From assembly GCA_964542645.1 (NCBI GenBank), contig CAZIUG010000008.1, forward strand, positions 17,848 to 81,847: a stretch of DNA of 64,000 nt. Direction: 5' to 3'. This stretch comes from an uncultured Opitutales bacterium. Its GTDB lineage: Bacteria; Verrucomicrobiota; Verrucomicrobiia; Opitutales; UBA2987. The position numbers were made by a program, and so were the translations under genes. Positions 40,150-49,287 of this stretch are shown here, piece after piece (position 1 is the stretch's first letter; each line of letters opens with the position of its first letter). Below the pieces are notes generated by a model, which had not been told where the DNA came from, ran no database searches, and saw only the letters and a list, made by a program, of their open reading frames with translations.

Positions 40150-41451
40150 CTATATTCCCACCTTCAAGCGGGCAAAAGAGATCTGATCGTCTAGGATAGT
40201 CAACGCAGCCCAACTTTTAAGCTCTCTTCGTTTCGGATCGAGGTCTCTAATAGCTTCGCGAAAGAAGGTAAGTTGCTGGTCATTATCCGGGCCCATTGTA
40301 AGAAGTTTATTGTTGAATCCCGTCTTTTCTTCCACGCTCTTCCGAACCAAACAGTTGCTCAGACTATTCAAAAGAGCATCTTCGCTGTCGCTCGTCTCCA
40401 CGGCCTGAGAGAATTCGCTCGAATCTAGACCTAGAAACTCCAAGATACTTTTATCGAAACCTGAGTCCTCGCCAACCCAATAGTCGCCAAGACTACATCC
40501 GTGAAGGGCTCGATATTTGTCGACCATTCGGGCTAAGCCAGCAACTCCTCCTAGCGTCTCATCATAGACACTTCTAGGTGGGTGCCTAGAGAGATCTGTG
40601 AGACCAAAACACCTTTCATCATCTAAGTCCATTAAGTCAAAAAAAGTCTCGATGTCGGCTCGATCGGGATGGAGTTCTGTCCGCCGTATCTTGAGTTGGG
40701 CAAATGCCGTTCCATACCGCCCGAAATTTACCTCATGGGCGTTGAATGTACTGATTTCTTGAGGATTCTTATTACAGTTTCCTCCCAACCATTCACTCAA
40801 CTCGCAGTCATTGGGATGGGTATAAGCAGCCTCACGAAAATGATCTGCATCGATCCCAGTGAAATCTAAAATCCTCTTATCAAGACCCGAGTTTTCACCA
40901 AACTGGTATTCACCTAGCTTACCTCCCATAGAAGCCCGCGCCTTGTCCGCCATCCGTGCTACACCCACAACAGCAAACACGTCTCTAACATATGGACTGC
41001 GAGGAGGGACTTGGGTCAGATCCCTGTCTCTGAAACAACCCCAATCATCCAGTTCAATGGAGGCAAATACCGTCTTAATATCGTTGCGACCAGGAGCAAA
41101 CCTTGCCAGCCGTTCCTTCAGCAGTCGCACGTGCAGCTCATCCTGAGGCTCTCTCGTAATTGCTTCTTGATTAAATTGTAAAATTGCTTCCTTTTTTCCG
41201 GCTATCTTGCTTATTACCCACTGGGATAGCTCATCATCGGTCTTATCTCCTGCAGCAATTGCGAATTCCTTTGAATCTATACCGATTAAGCCGAGAACTT
41301 CGCGATCTAATCCTGATTCGTCTCCATATTTAAAGTCACCAAGCTTCTCATTATTATTTGCTCGAGCCTTATCTGTCATACGAGCTAGTCCTGCGATACC
41401 AGCAACGATGGTGTTTGAGGGTCGCCGAGGCGGTTGTTTAGTTAGATCCAT
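40150..41451 (-). CDS. Protein of three tandem DUF5069-like domains
   Basis: Three ~142-aa repeats starting at aa 2, 144 and 286, each with DL...PPR, ARMxDKxRA, LGxY/F, SGxD and LDD motifs. Confidence 0.75.
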   Translation of the reverse strand: MDLTKQPPRRPSNTIVAGIAGLARMTDKARANNNEKLGDFKYGDESGLDREVLGLIGIDSKEFAIAAGDKTDDELSQWVISKIAGKKEAILQFNQEAITREPQDELHVRLLKERLARFAPGRNDIKTVFASIELDDWGCFRDRDLTQVPPRSPYVRDVFAVVGVARMADKARASMGGKLGEYQFGENSGLDKRILDFTGIDADHFREAAYTHPNDCELSEWLGGNCNKNPQEISTFNAHEVNFGRYGTAFAQLKIRRTELHPDRADIETFFDLMDLDDERCFGLTDLSRHPPRSVYDETLGGVAGLARMVDKYRALHGCSLGDYWVGEDSGFDKSILEFLGLDSSEFSQAVETSDSEDALLNSLSNCLVRKSVEEKTGFNNKLLTMGPDNDQQLTFFREAIRDLDPKRRELKSWAALTILDDQISFARLKVGI

Positions 41452-41564
41452 TGGGATATCCTTTAATATATGCTTCAGCTTACAAAGACTAGTTTCTTAG
41501 ATTTTAATATTGGCTGAGAAGGAATCCCACCAGCTCTAACCTCTCCAGAAAATACCAATACTCA

Positions 41565-42368
41565 TCAATACCCTATACTCCTCATGTATCCGTACATAGA
41601 CTCACTTTCTTGAGCCATGGAAATAGGATCATCTCTACCTGGATTAGGGATTCCAGGCACGCCCGTGACCCAACGATCATAATTGATTTCCTGAAGGACA
41701 GAAAGAATAGCTGGAAAGTCACAAGCATTGCCCTCTCCAACGGGGCACCAGGCACGTTTGTCTTTTCCGTCGTCGGAATGCATTGGGCCCTTCCAATCCT
41801 GGAGATGGACGTAGTTCAATTGATCCTTAAACTCCCGGATTGAATCGACAGGATCAAAGTCCCAATAAGCCGCATGCGAAACGTCGATACACAACTTGGC
41901 CTTGTTCGAATAGCTCATGTAGGTTCGCCATTCCTCCAACGAGTCAACAATGTGGCCGGAATGAATGTGATAGCTTAATTCCAACTTGTATTGCTCGGCA
42001 TACTCAGCCCAATCCTCAGCTCCTTCAGCTGCGGCTTTTAAGTCATCTCTCGTCACTATTCGTTCCGGTCTTGGGCCCGTCATAAACATGAAACAGTCGA
42101 CTTCAATCTCAGCTGCAAAATCAATCCGGCGTCTATTGACTTCAATATTCTCCTGGCCCCGATCGGTCGGTGGACCATCGGCTACAAGAATCTTGAGAGG
42201 CATCCCAGTATTATTGCAGATTCGTCGGATCCTACCCGGTGTCCCCAACCAATTCAGAGGTAACCGACACTCCCATCCATCCCAACCAGCTTTCTTGAGC
42301 GCCTCCAACGCTGGCTCTAATTCCGGATTTATCCATCGCAATGCACAATAGCCCAATCGATATGCCAT
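41565..42368 (-). CDS. Sugar phosphate isomerase/epimerase, xylose isomerase-like TIM barrel (IolE-like)
   Basis: GWDGWEC, LSYHIH, CIDVSH, YVHLQD, PVGEG. Confidence 0.8.
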   Translation of the reverse strand: MAYRLGYCALRWINPELEPALEALKKAGWDGWECRLPLNWLGTPGRIRRICNNTGMPLKILVADGPPTDRGQENIEVNRRRIDFAAEIEVDCFMFMTGPRPERIVTRDDLKAAAEGAEDWAEYAEQYKLELSYHIHSGHIVDSLEEWRTYMSYSNKAKLCIDVSHAAYWDFDPVDSIREFKDQLNYVHLQDWKGPMHSDDGKDKRAWCPVGEGNACDFPAILSVLQEINYDRWVTGVPGIPNPGRDDPISMAQESESMYGYMRSIGY

Positions 42369-42382
42369 AAGTCGTATTTGGT

Positions 42383-43438
42383 TTATGTTACGTTCGCTAC
42401 CTCTGCGGGGAGTTTAACTCCAAGCACATCCGCCGTTTCTATAATATCACTCCAGACCTTTTCCGGCAAATCAATCCCTTCTTTTATCCGGCGCTCTTTC
42501 GTTTCTTCCTCAATCTCACCGGGAGCATAGATCTTTTTGAATCCCGGGAGAGGGCGGGCTGAGCAGACCCAATCTCTAAGCCCTTCCACCTCGTCCTTAT
42601 ACGTATTGAGATCAGTGAAGGCCTCTATGTCTATGGCTAGAACCATGACCCCTCCGCCTCCACCGTCTCCTTTCGTGCAGCCAGCGTGACTTAACGGTCC
42701 CACTAGCATTTCAACCATCATAGCCAATCCGAAACCCTTGTGACCAAATTGAAGCCCTCCAAGAGGAAGCACCCCATTGGCTTCTGCGTCCCGATATTTG
42801 TGAGAATCCGTGACATGATTTCCTGATTGGTCAACCACCCATCCGTCCGGAAGCGGCTCATCCCTAACAATTTTCTGCTCTATTTTCCCACCCGCAACTA
42901 CAGTCATGGTCATATCAAGCATAAAGGGGGCCCCGTTCCTTCTAGGAGCAGCAAAAGAAATAGGTTCTGGTCTCAACCGACGGTCAGCGCTACCGAACGG
43001 TACCATAAATAATCCACCTCCATTGAGCCAAACCATCCCAAGCATTCCCTTCTCCGCAATTCGCGGAGGATAGTCACCTAAACGCCCAATATGTGATATG
43101 TTTCGGAGACCGATAAATCCGAAAGTGGCCTTACGTGCCTTTTCAACCGCTAAATCAACAGCCTTCGTACATGCGACAATTCCATTCGCACCGTGTCCAT
43201 CGATAATCTGCAAGGTCGCATTTTCTCGTAACACCTCGCGATCTTCCCACAGCCGGTAATTCTCTTTCATAGCTCGAGCGTAACCCGGCAAAAACCATGT
43301 TCCATGGGAATCATGTCCTGCTAGATGGTTGTTAACTACGTGATCTGCAACTATGAGAGCGTCTTCATTTGGGACTCCAGTAGCACAGCAGATAGCACGA
43401 CTGATTTTACGTAATAAGTCTTCCTGAACTAGAGGCAT
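42383..43438 (-). CDS. Ldh_2 family (malate/L-lactate/sulfolactate/ureidoglycolate-type) NAD(P)-dependent dehydrogenase
   Basis: GHDSHG, IDGHG, SHIGRLGDY, LDM, GHKGFGLA, YAPGE. Confidence 0.9.
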   Translation of the reverse strand: MPLVQEDLLRKISRAICCATGVPNEDALIVADHVVNNHLAGHDSHGTWFLPGYARAMKENYRLWEDREVLRENATLQIIDGHGANGIVACTKAVDLAVEKARKATFGFIGLRNISHIGRLGDYPPRIAEKGMLGMVWLNGGGLFMVPFGSADRRLRPEPISFAAPRRNGAPFMLDMTMTVVAGGKIEQKIVRDEPLPDGWVVDQSGNHVTDSHKYRDAEANGVLPLGGLQFGHKGFGLAMMVEMLVGPLSHAGCTKGDGGGGGVMVLAIDIEAFTDLNTYKDEVEGLRDWVCSARPLPGFKKIYAPGEIEEETKERRIKEGIDLPEKVWSDIIETADVLGVKLPAEVANVT

Positions 43439-43878
43439 AGCAAATTCCTTTCTACAGTATCATTAAGAACTAAGCGACACGCCTCGGAATCACATTGAGG
43501 CTCCCCGCCTACAAGAGGTATTTTGAGAAGGCCAGCAATAGCCGACGGTGAGACACGAGAGTCGCATTCACCGACCGATACTCGTAACTCGTTTAATCTT
43601 CCACAAGGAAATTCCACTTAAGAATCTTAAATTTTGATGTACACCTGCTCATTCGGATTTCAGTTAGAAACGATATTAGGCAGGAAGAAATATTAAGGCA
43701 GGAGTACACCTTGACCGAATGTCGCATCAATTCCAAATCGAATATCCGAGAATCATACCTAATAATCAACCAGACAATTAGCCCTCGATCATTTGATTTT
43801 TTTGTTCTTATGTTTCTCCAGCAGTCTAGATTCCGGGCAGCGGAATAAATTTCATTCCCTCAGTCCTACATCTCTCCT

Positions 43879-44955
43879 CTACCGTACCAAAGGTTCTAGC
43901 TTCATTTCCTCTGTTGCCGAATCAAACCATGAAATGACCTCTGCATGTAGAGGTATCCCGATTTTCTTTCGTTTCTCCGCTTCCTCATATTCGATAAGAC
44001 CAGGATAATAGACTCGGTCGTAACCCTCGGCAGGAGGGGTCTCACGCAGATAGCGAAGAAACCGATCCATATCGCTTTTGAATCGAGAAACATCGGTAAA
44101 AGCATCAATTGAATAAGCAGCAACACAATGGCTCATATGCCCCATACCATAGGGACCGAAAGCACCATTTGAAAGTAAACCCGCGAGGATCTGAGATACC
44201 GCCGCTAAACCGTATCCCTTGTGGGACCCGAGTTCGGGTGTAGCACCGAGAGGCAACAAATTGAATTCATCGGGAAGCGGTCCCTCCTCCATAACCGGGA
44301 TTCCGTTAGTATCCGTGATAAATCCAATCGGCACGTCCTTTTGCATCCGCTTTAAAAGACCTAATTTATTAAATGCCGAACGGGTAGCAGATATATCCAC
44401 TATAAGCGGAGGCTCTTTTTCGGCGGGAACGGCCCAAGCGTGAGGGTTAGGCGACAATCGAGGTTCTGCTCCGTAGGTTGGAACCATGGTATCCCCACCG
44501 GAAGTGATAGCGTAGCCAATCATATCATGAGGAAGCGCCAACATAGCATGGTAGGCCACCATCCCGTTGTGTCTTCCATTACCCATGGTAACCATACACA
44601 TCCCCGTCTTCTCAGCCTTCTCAATTGCAATTTCCATAGCCTTCGGGCACAAAACCAGCCCAAGTCCCGCATCGCAGTCAATGTTCACCGCGGATGCTCT
44701 TTCCCGAATGATCCGCCAATTGGGCTTTGTATTAAGGAAGCCTTTCCTCACTAATTCAACATACTGCCGCATCATATTCGAAACCCCGTGTGTATCAACC
44801 CCCATGGTATCGGCCAAAACTAAAACATCGCTCGCTATTCGAGCGTCATCTTCTGGGAATCCGAGCTCTTCAAAAATCTGGCTCACTGTACGACGAAGAT
44901 CATCTGGCATCACTCTTATTGCATCCGCATCGTCCACACGGAAATAATCGACCAT
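43879..44955 (-). CDS. Ldh_2 family dehydrogenase (second, tandem paralog)
   Basis: GVDTHGV, IDCDAGLG, RHNGMVAYH, GSHKGYGLA, RVYYPG. Start is uncertain (44955, 44997 or 45015). Confidence 0.9.
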   Translation of the reverse strand: MVDYFRVDDADAIRVMPDDLRRTVSQIFEELGFPEDDARIASDVLVLADTMGVDTHGVSNMMRQYVELVRKGFLNTKPNWRIIRERASAVNIDCDAGLGLVLCPKAMEIAIEKAEKTGMCMVTMGNGRHNGMVAYHAMLALPHDMIGYAITSGGDTMVPTYGAEPRLSPNPHAWAVPAEKEPPLIVDISATRSAFNKLGLLKRMQKDVPIGFITDTNGIPVMEEGPLPDEFNLLPLGATPELGSHKGYGLAAVSQILAGLLSNGAFGPYGMGHMSHCVAAYSIDAFTDVSRFKSDMDRFLRYLRETPPAEGYDRVYYPGLIEYEEAEKRKKIGIPLHAEVISWFDSATEEMKLEPLVR

Positions 44956-45084
44956 ACTTTGGCCTTTATGCACTTGTTGTTGCAGCTTCTTAGACATCTT
45001 CATATCTCTGAGCATGTAAAGTGACTAAGCGCAACACCATATTGGAAAAACACACGAAAATCGATATACTCAAGGTAGCTTAAA

Positions 45085-45834
45085 ATGGACATAAACAACC
45101 GGTTGAAAAAATGGGAAGGCAAAGTCGCCCTAGTGACTGGGGCCACTTCCGGCATCGGCCAGTCAACCGCACGCGCCCTAGCAAAATTAGGGATGAAACT
45201 GGCAATCAGCGGCAGAAGACTTGACCGTCTCAGGAAGTTGAAAACTGATTTTGAGGAATTGGGAATTGAGTGCATCATCCTTGTTGGTGATCAGACAGAA
45301 ATGGATACAAGTCGCGACTTTTTTGATCAAATTCGCCAAAAATGGGGAGGCATCGACGTCCTGATTAATAATGCCGGTACTGGCGGAGGCCAAGGTATGG
45401 TCGACGTTGATTTGAAAACCATCAATCAGTGTATTGATCTCAACATCAGAGCGGCAGTAGCATGCATGCAAGAAGCAGTTAGTGATATGCGTGTGAAGCG
45501 AGAAGGCGCAATTGTTAACATTTCGTCCCTGGGCGGGCATAGGATGATCCCAAGACCAAATAGTTCTGTGGTCTACAGCGCCAGTAAGCATGCTCTCCGA
45601 ATTATCACAGACGGGTTGCGTTCCGAGATGGCTGAAAAAAAAATTCCGCTTAAAATCGCTTTAATCTCTCCCGGGATGGTCGATACTGAATGGCACAATC
45701 GTCCCCGGGCAGAATACGAATTCGAGCCACTCGAACCCGAGGATGTTACCGATGCCGTGCTCTACATACTTTCTACTCCACCTAACGTACAGGTGTGTGA
45801 CATCCTCATCCGTTCCGTTGAACAAATCGTCTAG
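45085..45834 (+). CDS. Short-chain dehydrogenase/reductase (SDR)
   Basis: TGATSGIG, NNAG, NISS, YSASK, ISPG. Confidence 0.92.
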   Translation: MDINNRLKKWEGKVALVTGATSGIGQSTARALAKLGMKLAISGRRLDRLRKLKTDFEELGIECIILVGDQTEMDTSRDFFDQIRQKWGGIDVLINNAGTGGGQGMVDVDLKTINQCIDLNIRAAVACMQEAVSDMRVKREGAIVNISSLGGHRMIPRPNSSVVYSASKHALRIITDGLRSEMAEKKIPLKIALISPGMVDTEWHNRPRAEYEFEPLEPEDVTDAVLYILSTPPNVQVCDILIRSVEQIV

Positions 45835-45920
45835 AAAATAGATTCTGATGGGCTTTATGGCTCACTAGACATTCTAGGTTCTTGGAATTCGCGATTACCT
45901 TATAATGCTAATTATCCATC

Positions 45921-46042
45921 ATGAAAATAACTGGCTTGAAATTCGCTTTAATTGGACGGAATCCGATCGTAAGGGTTACTACCGATGAAGGAGCGGATAT
46001 GGAGAAGTAGAATGGCCAAAGTTAGATCTTATAGATTTATAA
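45921..46042 (+). pseudogene. Frameshifted, truncated N-terminal relic of an enolase-superfamily gene
   Basis: ATG 45921 reads MKITGLKFALIGRNPIVRVTTDEG. A shifted frame continues GYGEVEWPK and then stops at 46040-46042. Confidence 0.65.
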
Positions 46043-46235
46043 TCATATTTATCGGACCTAATCAGAAATAAAGGAATCCCATTCTTATGACCTAATTACC
46101 CGGAAGACAGCTGCTCGAGAGGGGAAATTTGAGGAAAATCAGGTCACCAAACAAAATTCAAGATGGCCATGTCCAATCTTAACCGTCTATCTAATAGGAT
46201 CGAACTATCCAAAATAATTGAACAAAAGGAAAATC

Positions 46236-46643
46236 ATGGCTATCCAGAACCCGATACTCAGCGGAGCCCTTAACAGTATCAGTCTTGAAACGGTAAAAAA
46301 AGAAATGGGACCGCCAAACTGGAGTCGGTCAGTTGTTGCTCTCGACCATATTAATGGCAATATTATTTGCCAGAATTCGGGGACCATAAACGATAACCAT
46401 TGCCACAACTACGATGAGTGGTGGGTCATCCTAGAAGGTGAAATCGACTGGGTGATCGAAGGAAGGGAAAACAATCCTGTCCAGGCGAAAACTGGCGATT
46501 TTGTTTTCGTTCCAGCCCTCACCTTCCACCATATCTTCCCAAAAGGAGGAAAACCATCTATTCGCTTAGGAATGGCACTACCTGGACAAGGTCATGTACA
46601 TGAACGGCCCAAGCGAAAAATCAAAATTAAAACGGAAGAGTAG
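46236..46643 (+). CDS. Cupin domain protein
   Basis: HCHNYDEWWVILEG and GDFVFVPALTFH metal-binding cupin motifs. The ORF extends to TTG 46218. Confidence 0.85.
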   Translation: MAIQNPILSGALNSISLETVKKEMGPPNWSRSVVALDHINGNIICQNSGTINDNHCHNYDEWWVILEGEIDWVIEGRENNPVQAKTGDFVFVPALTFHHIFPKGGKPSIRLGMALPGQGHVHERPKRKIKIKTEE

Positions 46644-46704
46644 ATCATGACCAAAATTTATTCTCATCGAGAACTTACAACTACCCCTCAGAAATCCTAA
46701 CCAC

Positions 46705-47829
46705 ATGAAGATTACAAGTGTTAGCACAGCTCTTCTCGAGCCAATGCCTTGGGTTTTGGTAAAAGTTCGAACCGATGAAGGCCTCATCGGGATAGGAGAA
46801 GCATATCACGGAGCAGGAGTACACCAGATCGCAGTAGACCATAGGTTGATGCGCCCTCTTATTGGTCAAGATCCTCGCAATGTAGATAAACTGTTTCGTG
46901 ATATGCGCAATGCCATGTCTGCATCGGGGTTCTATCAGGGTGCGGTCATGAGTGCCATTAGCGGAATCGAGATGGCCCTATGGGATATTACTGGTCAGTC
47001 GTTTGGAGTACCTATATGGCAGTTGTTAGGCGGCAAATTCCGCGACCGAATTCGTGTCTATAATGATTGCCATGAAGGTGAGGACAATACACCAGAGTCG
47101 TGGGCTGAGAAAGCAAAAGCAGTGGAGGCTCGGGGCTTTGACGCCATCAAATTTGATATAGACCCCCAACCGACGCAAAGGGACAAGTATAATCGGGGCA
47201 TTAGCAACGAGAATATCGATTTTTTTGTCAATGCAGTAGCCACAATCCGTGAAGCGCTTCATCCGAATACCGATCTCCTTATCGACGCTCATTGGTTCTA
47301 CTCCCCCTCAGACATTCTTAAAGTAGCCCAGGGTCTTGAATCTTTAAATCTTCTTTGGCTCGAAGACCCCATTCCTCCGGAAAACATCGATGTTATGGCG
47401 ATGGTAACCCGAAGCACCTCCCTTCCCATCTGTACAGGCGAAAACTTCTATACGGCACACGGATTCCGTGACCTTATTGAGAAACAAGCTTCAGACATTA
47501 TTTCACCAGATCTAGCTAAATCGGGAGGATTGCTAGAAGGCCGAAAAATAGCTGATTTAGCCAACCTTTATTACATCCCATACTCACCCCATAATATCTC
47601 TGGCCCGATTGGGACAGTAGCTGCATGCCATGTCTGCGCTGCAGTTGAGAATTTTCAGGTTTTGGAATTCCATCACCTTGATAATGAGCTGTGGAACGGG
47701 CTGACCGTAGAACAAAACCTAATCATAGACGGACACATCACGATCCCGGAAAGGCCCGGTCTTGGCGTCACACTGAACGAAAATGTGGCCCGTGAGGCAT
47801 GCAAGGAAGATTTAGGATTCTTTGAGTAA
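46705..47829 (+). CDS. Enolase-superfamily dehydratase (galactonate/gluconate dehydratase-like)
   Basis: AISGIEMALWDITG, KFD, LIDAH / WLEDP / TGEN, SPD, SPHN, RPGLG. Confidence 0.88.
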   Translation: MKITSVSTALLEPMPWVLVKVRTDEGLIGIGEAYHGAGVHQIAVDHRLMRPLIGQDPRNVDKLFRDMRNAMSASGFYQGAVMSAISGIEMALWDITGQSFGVPIWQLLGGKFRDRIRVYNDCHEGEDNTPESWAEKAKAVEARGFDAIKFDIDPQPTQRDKYNRGISNENIDFFVNAVATIREALHPNTDLLIDAHWFYSPSDILKVAQGLESLNLLWLEDPIPPENIDVMAMVTRSTSLPICTGENFYTAHGFRDLIEKQASDIISPDLAKSGGLLEGRKIADLANLYYIPYSPHNISGPIGTVAACHVCAAVENFQVLEFHHLDNELWNGLTVEQNLIIDGHITIPERPGLGVTLNENVAREACKEDLGFFE

Positions 47830-47979
47830 ACTTGATTTACTCATACTGAAACATGGAAATGGTAAATTCGATTTCCGATTATCCCAATATCTAGAGAGCT
47901 CAATCGAGACATATAGGTTTCCGGGGATGGCTACGGGACTCCGTGAATTGCTTCATAGAGATCCAATATAGGGCCCGGA

Positions 47980-47999
47980 CTAGAGATTAAAATCTCTAG
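47980..47999. terminator. Near-perfect 20-nt palindrome between convergent genes (possible bidirectional terminator or binding site)
   Basis: CTAGAGATT-AA-AATCTCTAG. Confidence 0.3.
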
Positions 48000-48089
48000 C
48001 GTTCTACTAATAGTTGGAGGAAATGGAGAATCGAAGTCTCCTCACCGGATTAAATTCTCTCAAACTCCTCTAATCCTAAGACTCCAACA

Positions 48090-49178
48090 CTATGGACCCC
48101 AAGTTTCCTTCAGCAATCTGATCCAGTTCCCCGATAGAATCCCTTGGATGTCAGATTCCGCAAATCCACGTCGCTTCATTTCTGGTACCAGTTTCTGGAG
48201 ATCCGCAATTGTATCTAAATCTCTAGGGGACTGCTCCTGCCCGTATCCACCATCCAGGTCTGTACCTATAGCAGCATGCCGAGCGTTGCCGGCTAATTGG
48301 CATACATGCTCGATGTGATCAACTACTGTGGCGAGGGTCGCATCCGTTGTTTGCTGAGAAGCAGGAAGATCTGGATTCCAATTCGGGTCTAACATCCATG
48401 CATCGAAAGCTGTACCTACAACTCCTCCTCGCTCAATGATCACCTGAATCATTTCGTCGGTTAATTGTCGCTGCCCCGGAGTCAAGGATCGGCAATTATG
48501 GTGGCTCGCTCCAACAGGCCCATCATAGACCTCTATTATATCCCAAAAAGCCTGATCTGTAGTGTGGGTTAAATCGACAATAATGCCCGCCTCCCTCAAG
48601 GCAGTTAGTAGATCCCGTCCTCGAGGAAGGAGCCCACCCTCGGTTCCAGTTCCATGACAATAAGAACTCACCCCATAGTGGGAGAGGCTTACAATTCTCA
48701 AACCCCGATCATACCAGAGAGGGACTTGATCCACATCGAGAATGGGATCCGCACTCTCCATAGCCAAAACCAGCCCTATAGGAGAATCGGGAGCCGGATT
48801 ACTCCAGGTCTCGACAATGGCATTGATGTCATCCGTTGAAGTGATGAACCGGAGTATCCCTTCCTTCTCCATTGCCCTGTAGTAAGCGTAATGCCCAGAC
48901 CCAACCCCGTAGCATTGAGACTGATCATACATACCGGTTCCAGATAAACGGTCCCTAGGATCAAGGCGGGACATTACGGTTCCAAAAATGATACCTACAT
49001 TTCCACGACGCAGATCAGGGAAAGCAACAGTACAAGAACCGAACTGCTCCCGCACCCCCTCCATGTCATGAGTCCTTACGGTTCTCGACGGCATCGTCAG
49101 GTCCCGATTCACCTGAATAGCACTAAACCCTAGGTCTAAATGGCTATCGACGATTAGATAAGGGTTTTGTCCTGTCAT
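48090..49178 (-). CDS. Membrane dipeptidase (peptidase M19) family amidohydrolase
   Basis: VDSHLD, MESAD, DLTH, ASHHNCR, GTDLDG. Confidence 0.88.
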   Translation of the reverse strand: MTGQNPYLIVDSHLDLGFSAIQVNRDLTMPSRTVRTHDMEGVREQFGSCTVAFPDLRRGNVGIIFGTVMSRLDPRDRLSGTGMYDQSQCYGVGSGHYAYYRAMEKEGILRFITSTDDINAIVETWSNPAPDSPIGLVLAMESADPILDVDQVPLWYDRGLRIVSLSHYGVSSYCHGTGTEGGLLPRGRDLLTALREAGIIVDLTHTTDQAFWDIIEVYDGPVGASHHNCRSLTPGQRQLTDEMIQVIIERGGVVGTAFDAWMLDPNWNPDLPASQQTTDATLATVVDHIEHVCQLAGNARHAAIGTDLDGGYGQEQSPRDLDTIADLQKLVPEMKRRGFAESDIQGILSGNWIRLLKETWGP

Positions 49179-49287
49179 AGCACTCTCTTCCGTTTGATGC
49201 TGTAGCTATAGACCTTCTCACTCTCCAAAAATTCGTAATAATTCTAATTTCAAGCAGACCTCAATCTGCCAAATACAACAGCTGCTT

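Noticed and set aside
43439-43878. Structured-looking spacer between the Ldh_2 genes (GGTGA...TCACC and GCCTC...GAGGC stems; 62-aa ORF)
   Set aside because: The stems are only 5-6 bp and no riboswitch consensus is recognisable. An Infernal/Rfam search would be needed.
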